Program-made: the position numbers and the translations under genes
DNA from: Perna viridis
Lineage: Eukaryota
Direction of reading: 5' to 3'
Length of the DNA: 64,000 nt
NCBI GenBank assembly: GCA_037379345.1
Contig: CM074516.1
Location: forward strand, 16,058,001-16,122,000
The notes under the pieces: model-generated
Databases searched by the model: none
What the model was told of the DNA's origin: nothing
Seen by the model: the letters and a program-made list of their open reading frames with translations, nothing else
In this document: positions 50,411 through 60,800 of the stretch, one piece after another
Position numbering within the stretch: the first letter of the stretch is position 1
How the letters are laid out: every line of letters begins with the position of its first letter

Positions 50411-51200
50411 ACAACACATGTGCAGCCTCCACTTTTAACATGTCCATCAGACATGACCAGTACCAAGGTTGAGTATGGCTTTTCTGACTGCATTGTTTCT
50501 GGTATGCAGCTGGACATTATATACATAAAATCTGTGTTAAATAACTGTGTGATTTCTACATTCTGTATATGGTTAGCCAAATGCAGTTTGTAACCATTAT
50601 AATCTTCCAGAGATGCCAACCTATCTTTACTCCAGCTACTATTCTTCATCAAATAAATCAGAACATCATAAGGCTCTATCATCGGAAGTGTTCTTAAATT
50701 GGTGGACCAGTTTTGCACATCGTTTATGTTAGGTAGAACCACTTTTGATCCATTCACCTGAACTGTTCGTCGTGTTATGTCCATATCGTGATAATCGTCT
50801 GCTGCTGTTACCACTTCCAAGTCTAATTCCATAGCTGTTTCAGACAAAGCCGGTATAAAACGATAGAGGCTATATATAGAATATGATAAACTTGCATTAA
50901 ACATATATATGTAATACTAGTCTTCTTAATTTGTTATGCATATTTGGTTAACAATTAATGCATCCCAGTTTACTGATCCTTGTCTTTCAATTATCCACCA
51001 TCGATGATATATATAGATGATGGCATCTGCATACAAATGATTAGATAATAGTGTAGGTGTGCCACATGCTGCTATTGAAATAGGTCAGAGTAAATTTTTA
51101 TCAGTGTGGGTCTTATTTTCCACACAAGTGCACTGAGCACACACTATTTAGAAGACGATTTAAAAGGACTGGATCTGTTCAAAAAGATGAAGGTACAATT
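50411..51200 (-). mobile_element. Accessory ORF fossil of an ISL2EU-like element (THAP-like remnant plus the N-terminal/SWIM-type part typical of the YqaJ-nuclease ORF)
   Basis: WSTNLRTLP..VLIYL..WSKDRL..GYKL..NHIQNV..CIPE..KPYS..DGHVKSGGCTCV ending at a gtaagt donor; VCSVH..RPT remnant at ~51110-51150; convergent with the transposase at 34260-35103. Confidence 0.62.
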
Positions 51201-53099
51201 CTTTGTTATAAGATAGTTAAAAACTGTATGCCAAAGAACTTTGAATTAGTCTGTGTAACATTTTTTATAAACATAACTGATTAATTAGTCATTTTACAAA
51301 GTTAGGACAAACACTCAAGTGATTTCTGATTTTGTTTTTATTTTATTTATGAAATGCCCCGAAAATTTGTACTGCTCCAGAAAATTAACGTGTTTCTCGG
51401 TTTCCGTTTTTTTATTCAATTGCATGTCTGGAGCTGTTAACCCTGCACGGAGAAAGTTTTTAACTTTTAATTATTTTCTGATGATAGATAAGTTTCTCAG
51501 TTAAATTTATTGATATATTTATATTGCTGAAGTTTGTGTAAATAGGTGTATTTTGAGCATCACAAAAACGTCCTAAATATTAATCCGATCACTAGTTTTG
51601 CCAATGTTTACATTCAAACTATACATTAATTCCTGATCAAACTTGGTACCTTTCGTGTATTTGTCAAAACGAACAATTTTTTTCTGAATATAGACGTTAG
51701 TTGTCAACAGTTTAAAATCATTTTGAAGAGTGTATTTTCCAGCAGTTTCGCATTATATATGTATGTTTAAACCGTTTTCATTGTCATGATAGTCGTGAAA
51801 ATTGTGATTATGTTTATGAATACTTAAGCTGATATTTTGCATTGAATCTGACCAGAACATTATTGTTGAAACTTTGCAAGTTATTTTTAGAACTTATAAC
51901 ATTACTTCATGTACTACGTGAGTGGAAAGCCAAATTGACAGAAACTTTGAAACATTTACACTACACATATTGTCAAAATTGGATTTATGATATTGAATAT
52001 GTTCTGTTAGTTTTGAATATTATGATTTTTGGTTATTCGTGTTTGTAAACCGTGTTTTTTATTTCTTAATTGTAGTGTTTTAACCTCTCCGGGGGTTTGG
52101 ATCAAGCTAATAAAGTTCACAGTTTTGATTATATAATGCTTGTTATTTTGAATTTATTTCTTTATAAAAAAATACACATGATTTCTCTCTTTTTTTTCAG
52201 GGAATATGGATTACATAGAAGCTCATACTTAATGATTTAATGTTCTCATTGGACGATTTTTCATTCCCTATTGTCAAAGATCATAGGGTGTTAACATATC
52301 ACAGTTTACTCGATTTGCTCATAGTTGTATCAATGATTCGAATTCTAACGAAAGAAAGGCCTCGTTGCAAAAGATTTGAATTTATTGAGTTTGGTGAAGT
52401 TAATGTAGCTCTTTTTTCAAATAGCAAATAAAAAATATTTCTGTTTCTGACTTGTCCTTCAACAAACGGGGGAGGGTTGGATGTGTACATTTCATTTTTG
52501 GTGTATATTTGTGGTAGTAAGTGTTTTAAGTCGACAGTAACTTAGAAAAAACAAGTAATTATTCAATAAGAATGTATGAAAGAGTTGTCAAATCCACGAA
52601 TTCAAGGATCCACGAAATGATATTGTTCCCCTAAACCACGAATATTGGGACCCACGAATATATGTACTGTCACAGTATTACATAAAATATCGAAGACATG
52701 TAGGTAATTGTTCTAATAGAAAATAGTGCCCAATACATACACGTACCTGTCCTTTTGTAAAACAATTTGCAAGTGTATTGGGTTTTATTTTTTTCTGCCA
52801 AGTTCTGTGTGCAAATATATGTTAACATCAATGAATGCTATCTTTATCTATATCCGTTGCGAGTTAGTCTATTCGATTTATTGGGTGCTTGCTGAGCTTT
52901 TCGTGCGTTGTATAGAATATTAATTTATAATATAGGATGGGAGATACCCGCACGTAATTACCGTTTTAAAGTACAACTGTTTTTAAGAATGAGTTCCGTG
53001 TATTGGTTGAAACATTTTCTGCATGCTTTTACGACCTTGTGATATCAAAAACATTGATGACGTAACTTGACTTGAATAATATGGTATTTCATCATTTCA

Positions 53100-53337
53100 G
53101 CAACTCAGCGGGTGTTTCTAGAAACGCAGAGGACGCTTACCCTACCGGTGCACCTGGTCCATGCTCCCAGTTTTTAGTGGAGTCCGGGTTGCTCATTTGC
53201 CTTTGTTACTTTGTATGTATGATTTTAGTTACTTCATGTTCTTTGTTGTGTATGTCTGTTTTCTATGTCTGGTCTTTGTCCATGGATTATATTCTTTTGT
53301 TTACCGCTATAACCTTGGTTCCCTTGATTATTCTTTT
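53100..53337 (+). mobile_element. Penelope-like 3' terminal repeat copy
   Basis: gaggacgcttaccctaccggtgcacctggtccatgctcccagtttttagtggagtcc...ccttggttcccttgatta. Confidence 0.78.
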
Positions 53338-53575
53338 TAATGTAAGTTTTAATGATACAAAATCAAAGAAACCATAGAAAGTAATTACTAAACCTATCAC
53401 TTGCCTTGCAGTGGGGACAACTGGAATGCATTGAATCCTAGATTTTATGGTATTCCAATCAAAATGTTTTATTTTTACCACTTATAGTACAAAAGGAGAC
53501 TGAAATATCTTTTAAAAAAGCACAACTTACGAATTGTATTTAATGGCAATGACATACACTTAGTTCTTTAACAGT

Positions 53576-54808
53576 CTAATTGAAAGCCACCTTTGAAAGT
53601 GGAATATTCTTTTCTAATTGATCGAGGCATTTCATCAATAGCATATGCTCTTTGCTAGACCGATTCACTTTGTTTATGATATTTACAATGTATCCAGTTA
53701 TACTATCGTGTTTTGGAGGCATTAGAGCAGAGACTTTAAGTAAAGTGAAAGTGTCTTTCATTTGTTTTAACTTCGATTCTAGTTCAAAAATTGATTTTTC
53801 ATAGTCTGCTTCTAATTTCAGAATCGTTGACTTAGTATCAACTATCTGAGTTTGGGCGTCGTTAAATGCTTCCACCATTTCTTTGTTTGGGACTTGTCTG
53901 ATTTCCCTAATCTCTACATATCTATATGGTCCTCGTTTATGGATTGCTTTATTGCACTCACAAATAGTACATTTACCGTCTTTGAAAATTTCACATTGAC
54001 CAATACACCAATCAAACTGAACCCAGCAGTTAGCATGGCAAGTTCTTTCATGTTCCGGACAATTGATTGAATTTTTGCCGGTATACTTTTGTTCATATCG
54101 AACGACTTCTGTATCAATAATATAATTCTTGTTTTCATGCATTGATTTTTCATGATTTTGTATTTTTTCCTTTAGATCGGAAATACGAACTGCTTCACGA
54201 GCTTTTCGGTTGATATCATCCTCTAATCCACTTATCTGTAATTCAAGTCGTGACCGATTTCTCATCACCTCAAAACTCGATTTTACAGTAGTACGCGGAA
54301 TTGTTGAAAGTACCTCAAAGACCTTTGAAAAACTTTCCGTTCTTGTTTCCCAAACTGAAAACTCTTTCTCGGGTTTTTCGGTTGTCGAAAATGCCGAAAA
54401 GATATTTGAGTTATTGAAACGAAAGTAAGGTTTATCACTATTGTACCTCATCCCTGCAGCTGTAAGAACATTCATGCACCCATCGATGCTGCCACCATCA
54501 TCAAAGGTAAAGAGAATGAAAATGTTTTGATCAATGTCTTTGTCAAATAATTCACATATGTTTGTAAACACGTTTTTTTGTCCTGTCGTTAAACGGTGAA
54601 CGGACATAGGCAAAACAATAAAGATGGCATCTAGGTGTTCAAGATAATTTTCAAATAAATTTGAAATCTGAGTTTTGATATTGTCGTCAAAGCTGTCTCT
54701 AGTATCATTGAATCCTGGAGTGTCTATTATATTAACCTTGCAGTTAACTCTTAAACCTTCCAGCTTAGGAATTCTATAGACGTTAATAGTTGAAGTCTGT
54801 GACCAAGT
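53576..54808 (-). CDS. GTPase gene terminal exon (G2-G4, coiled coils, Cys-rich region)
   Basis: tttttcag| TWSQTSTINVYRIP...IIDTPGFNDTR...; 411 codons to the stop. Confidence 0.92.
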   Translation of the reverse strand, partial: TWSQTSTINVYRIPKLEGLRVNCKVNIIDTPGFNDTRDSFDDNIKTQISNLFENYLEHLDAIFIVLPMSVHRLTTGQKNVFTNICELFDKDIDQNIFILFTFDDGGSIDGCMNVLTAAGMRYNSDKPYFRFNNSNIFSAFSTTEKPEKEFSVWETRTESFSKVFEVLSTIPRTTVKSSFEVMRNRSRLELQISGLEDDINRKAREAVRISDLKEKIQNHEKSMHENKNYIIDTEVVRYEQKYTGKNSINCPEHERTCHANCWVQFDWCIGQCEIFKDGKCTICECNKAIHKRGPYRYVEIREIRQVPNKEMVEAFNDAQTQIVDTKSTILKLEADYEKSIFELESKLKQMKDTFTLLKVSALMPPKHDSITGYIVNIINKVNRSSKEHMLLMKCLDQLEKNIPLSKVAFN

Positions 54809-57800
54809 CTGAAAAATAATTAAAAAAATCCTTAATAATACTTCTATTACTGCATCGGAAATTACTGGGGTTTTCACTGTCGTACACGATGGTTTTCGTT
54901 CTATGTGTATTTCATTGAAAAAAAAAAATTTAAAAACCCTTTTTAATTTAAAGTTAATGAAAGCGATTTATAATGATCAGTTCTATATTTTGAACCATAC
55001 TGAATAGTATCCGATGTGAGACATGTGTTAAATGTAAGATGAGACAGTCCACTATAAATTGTACTTTTCCATATATGAGCAGAATTTCAATTTCATTTTA
55101 ATTACAAAACCTTTCCTTCATTGGCTACAATAGGACATGAATATTACAGAGGAATAGAGAAATGTTATGAGTGTTTTTTTTCTTTTAATTGTAATATGAA
55201 ATCCTCGGTTTCTTTTGATGACTCACTATTTAAATGTATTGTATCATACAAAAACTTGTTTGAACTACGGTACTTGAAGGAGTAATCAAGGGATTCAAGA
55301 TTATTCTAGAATAATTCAAAGAATGAAACCCAGGGATGAGAAAAGACATGGAAAACAGACAAATACAACAGAGAACATAAAGCAACCAAAATAATACATA
55401 CAAGATTAAATGAGTAAGTCAAACTTCACTAACAACTGGGGCATGGACCAGGTATACCGGTAGTGTAAATGTCCTCCGATTTTCTAGAATCACTCGGCGA
55501 GTTACAAATAAGGAAATCAAGTCCGGGGTAGATGAAAGAGAAATGGAAAACTATGAGACGTTGAACAAATCAGTTTTCGTGTTGCAGATGAATACTCCGT
55601 AACGATCCACGAGTTCATGACTTCTGTAGTGATGACTTCAATCTTGTAGCAACATAACCCTGTTCCAAAAGCCTAATTGTAAGATGTCTTGCGCGATAGA
55701 ACAAATCTACGAAGTTTCGGCAAGCTCCTTCATAACATATGTGTTTTTATATCAAAACTCCGTACGCAGTTGATGAAGTAATGTTGCCACAGATAAAATG
55801 AAAGTTGACAATTCTGAATGAAAAGTAGTCACTTTTGTCTTATAGTTCGGTCAATAGTTTTCCTTTACCATCGACCTCTAAGTGTATGTAAAAAAAAACA
55901 AAAACGGGTGTTACAGAAGAAAATCTGGAATTCTCAAAATTACTCGTTTTACGATTTCATAATAACTGTAACCTTAAGGAATATTTAAGCACCTGAGTAG
56001 GTCATAAATGTTGGATACATCATTATCGGTTTTTCTGAGTCGATATACTGTGACAAGATGCTACGACTGAACTAGTCTAGGGGTAGGTTAAATAGTTTTT
56101 ACTTTTGTTGAAACTGTTTGGCCGACAATAAGTTACATATATTCGTGAGTTTATCAAGTAGAACAAAATTTCTATCGATAAGAAAGTCAAAACGTTTTGG
56201 TTAAGCAATAATTTGAGGAGTCGGAATTACGTGACTTTTCATGGTAAAAATTAAATATTTTTGTTTCGTTTGATAAAATTACTACAAATCATCAAAAGAC
56301 CTTCGGGAATACTAGTTATGATAGTACGAAACAGAAAATACAAAATAAGCTAGTTTTTTACAGACGCATAATAGCAAAAGTACAAAATGATTTTTCGACA
56401 AAAGACTTCTTCATGTCATTTTAATAATTTGGTTGATGAGTGGCAGGCGTTAACTGATGTTGTCTAAACCCACAAAAGCCAAAATTAAACGAACAATTAA
56501 GCTTCTACAGAACAACAAATAATATTAAATGAGAAACATAAACAAAACCATAAATCCAGCCGTGAAAGACCCTAACATAAATAAAGTTAATATATTCTTT
56601 AAAGCCATAAAAACGAAAAAAACTTAAAAACAAATGATAATGAACATATAAAACACAGCGACAACCACTTGACTACATGTTCCTGACTTGAACAGACACA
56701 TAAAGCATATGGCAGGATAAAATATGTTTGTGAGCTTTGCACTATATACAATATAAATATTAAAGATCAAAAGGCAGTACGTTTTACCAATATCGAAAGA
56801 GTACAAACCTTTTTTGTAAGCTGATTCTAAATCCAATTAAACAGTTACGAACAACAAGTTTTCTCAGTTTTTTTTTAAATCCAAGAACAATTCATTTGTA
56901 TCATTAAAAGATCTACTTGAACTGGTTCTAGTCGCGGATCTTCTGCTAGAACCTGAACTAAATCATTTCAATGAAATGATGCTCTGATAGATCCGTCAGA
57001 AAAACCACCCAAAAATTGTGGTTTTGCACTATTGAAACAGTCCAAGAACAATTTTTGTTTTGTTTTATTTTTTTTTCTACATTTCAAATTCGGTTGTTAT
57101 TACCTTGTTTGTTGCTCTGTATTTTTCTTCTTCTGTCTGGTTAATAAGGGCAAAACGATGATCTTCGCTATAGGCCACTTCGGTGATGTAGTTTATCAGA
57201 GCATCAATGAAAGTACTTTTTCCGGTTCCAGTGGCTCCTAACAGCATAATAGTCTTTTCTTCATTACTATTCCATTGTTGTTCATAACAGGAAACTGTAA
57301 CATGATGATACATCGTATACTAACATAACAATTCAACAACATTTTCTTCTTGACTTTATAACCAAAAAATTAACAATAGTCTATAAATTGTAAAATATAT
57401 TGAGACAGGCAAACATAACAAATATATTTTTGCCAAAGCTAAACATAGTAAACGGTTTGATATTTATTAAGAACCTTGTTCATTTTATCATCATGAAGCA
57501 CATCTCCGAATCTCCTATTTGATTTCATGCATTATATTTCGCCCTTATGTTTTATTTACGACATTCAAAGATGAACTTGCTATTTATTTAGCAAGACATC
57601 TTTAAAACTTTCATGGCCATTTATTACATTTCAGTATTAATTTCGATAAAGACCATATGGATGAGTATTTCAATTAAACAAATTATCTATGACTTTGTAA
57701 AAGACACAAAATTTAACATAAAATTACCACTCTTGTTTTGGAAAACAGGCAAATAATAAAGTAAACCAAATGCATTAGTTTCAGCTATCTTTTTACTTTT

Positions 57801-60800
57801 TCTTATTTACATGGTACAAAATCGTAAGGGTAAAAAGCAATCGTTAATTGTACTAGAAGGTGCACTCTGCCATTGTTTTTCTTTTGTAAATAATGAATCT
57901 TTAAGTATATAAAAGTATTAAATATATGTCATAAAATGCAATTGAACTCACCCATATCACAAATTCGTACATCAAAGCTATCTCCCTCATGGCCTTTTAA
58001 AACATTTGTATTCACAGGTTCTAGATGAAAAATAGTCGGGTTTCTAGTGTTATCAATGAACGACATTTTGCTTTTCTTTAACATTGTTGACTTTGATTCA
58101 GTAGTTGTTGCCTCATCACTAAACAAAGGAAAATTCTCTCCGCCTTCATCAACCCAAAATACTTTCAATTCGTATTTTGTGCATGGTTTCAAATTTGATA
58201 TTTTGATTATACTGCAAGGTGACTCCTGGCATTTGAACCTTTCTCCACCTTTTGAAATACGATATTTTATTTGAAACAAACGGACACCACGATTTCCTGA
58301 AGCACCCCATGCATGTGCATCCCATGAAACGGTCAATGTCGTCGATGTCGGTATGGTTACGTATTTCCCCAGTTGTGATTTTGCACCGTCACTAGTTTCT
58401 ACAATGAAATGATATATAACATACCAATGTACATGTCTGTATCTGATCTCATGATGAATACTTATTTCATGTAAATGTACACATTGGATAAAATCAAGAA
58501 GACATATATCAAAATGTGTAATATTTTCAACCGTTTCACACTCTCAACACCTGTGTGGAGTAAACTCCTTAGCCATGTTTTATAACAAAAATGAAATATT
58601 TACCTTTCATCAATTTTCGGTATTAAAAAGTAATAAAATTCATAATTGATTATTGTAAAATATAAACGTGAAGAAAAAAAATCATATTTATACAATGTAT
58701 ATAATATTTTGTTGAAGTAAACTTTAAGCTTGCAAATGCACTAAGGTAAATTCTAAATTGATAAACGTCTTGAAACTGGTTTTAAATTCCATCAGCTGAT
58801 TCAAACCTTTGGAAATAATAGTTGTTGATGAAAGTGTTGTAATAAAATCACTGAACAAAAAGGTAGAATTGCCCTCATTATCGATGAGGAATACTTTGAC
58901 TTCATATTCGGTTTCTTCCTTCAAACCATTTAATTCTGCTTCTGTAGTGTCAACTTCTTTTGTATGAAAACGTTTTTCCTTTGATGAGCGATACTTCACT
59001 TCGTATGACTGTAGGTCATTTATTGCCTGTAATGTCTGCCATTTCACCAAGATTGTTGCTGATGTGGGACGCAAGAAATAATCTTTTTTCTGCATTTGAT
59101 TGCACTCGATTATCGAACCGGCAATATAATATCATCCTAAATTCACATTTCTAGTATACTTATTACTCTTGTCTTGTGATCCTATTGGACATATGGTTAG
59201 CCCTGATTGGCAATACTTATAACATTTTATTAAAATAGGATCAGTAGTTTTGATCTGTCTTTGACTGTGCCGTTTACATTTATTTGCAGTTCACAATTGA
59301 ATTTACTAACGTACTTCATATCAAATACACCGATTGACGTTGTTTCGAATCAAAACGAGACAATGATTTTTTTTTTAATTTGTTTTACAATTTGGTGATA
59401 TTTTATATGAAAACTTGATTCCAAGTAAATAAGTATTGTCAAAATGAAATAATGGAATTGGTTTTTTTTAAATCAACTAGAAATTGAACATAATTGCACA
59501 TATAACATGACAAAGAATTATGGTATTAACAAAAACAAGACATTCGATACGTTAAAGAAACAGTAAAAACTATGGCATTTTGATCGCACGAGAGCTTTTT
59601 TCCAGGCAAAATTTTTAAAAAAATAACACACGGAATTTTTCTTAACATCACATATAAACTTATTATTTATATTACAAATATTGTGATTTAAAACAAAACA
59701 AATTTCTTTTATATTATCCTTTTTTTTAAAACGTATGATGGTGATCATATAACTCTATGGAATGCAACCGACACAGTAAATGTTACTACATTTTTCTAAT
59801 TCAAAGCATAAAACATGAAAACAGAATAAACCTATTCGTGTTAGATAGACAGATTGTAGAGTGTTTCACTTTAAAAACAATCGAACTTATCACCAATATT
59901 GTCGACAATCTATCTTGAACACACAATACGAACCTGCTTTGGAAGCATCTACATTTGCTACCGTCGTAGTTGCAAAATCGTGAAACATTAAAAGACTGTT
60001 ACCATCTTCATCGGTCCAAAACACTTTAACTTCATATTCAGTTTTTTCCTTTAAATCAATTATTTCAGCTTCTTCAGAATAAACTTCTATTGTGTGAAAA
60101 CGTTTTTCTTTTACTGAACGGTACTTCACTTGATATGATTGCAGATCTTTTGCTGTCTGTAGTTTATGCCATTTTAAGGAGACTGTTCTCGATGTGGGAC
60201 ACAAGGTGTAATTCCTCTTACGTATTTGTTCACACTCGCTTTTGTGGTCTGCAGTATAATATTATTAATATGAAAACATGGACGAGTTAAGGTTTATTAT
60301 GTATAGTTGTAACAGACGAAATTTCCGAAAGGGCAAAGTGAGTTGTTTTCTGGAAGATTATAATTTTACATTGTAGTAAAGGCATTTCAAGCGTCAGGTG
60401 ACCTTATAGGGCATGACACTGACCCTGGTTTATTGTACTTGAATAATTTGATCAAAAAGACCCAGTATGTTTTATCTATTTGTAGCTAAGCAAATTTGAT
60501 TTTATATCCAATACAGACATACAAGTCGTATTTTGTCATTCAAAATTGAATTCACTTCACTGATAATTTATAGTTGTTGCTCGGTGTATGAATGAAAATA
60601 GATTGACCGTATTCAAAGTCGAATTTTGAAAAAAAAACATACTAGAATTCGTCATAAATTCTTTTGCAATAAGAGGATTTTCTCATATACGAAATGTTGA
60701 CCATTACGACCATGATATAAAAAAAAAATAAAAAATGATATAATGGTATCCTTCTAACATTAATCAGAGTTCATAAATGACACATACAATTGCAAAGATA

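Noticed and set aside
54809-54877. Hydrophobic N-terminus of the 433-aa ORF as a signal peptide
   Set aside because: It is the intron's pyrimidine tract; the exon starts at 54808 and joins the Walker A exon in phase 0.
56980-57005. Hammerhead ribozyme or SECIS element
   Set aside because: The core does not match CUGANGA...GAAA or SECIS geometry.
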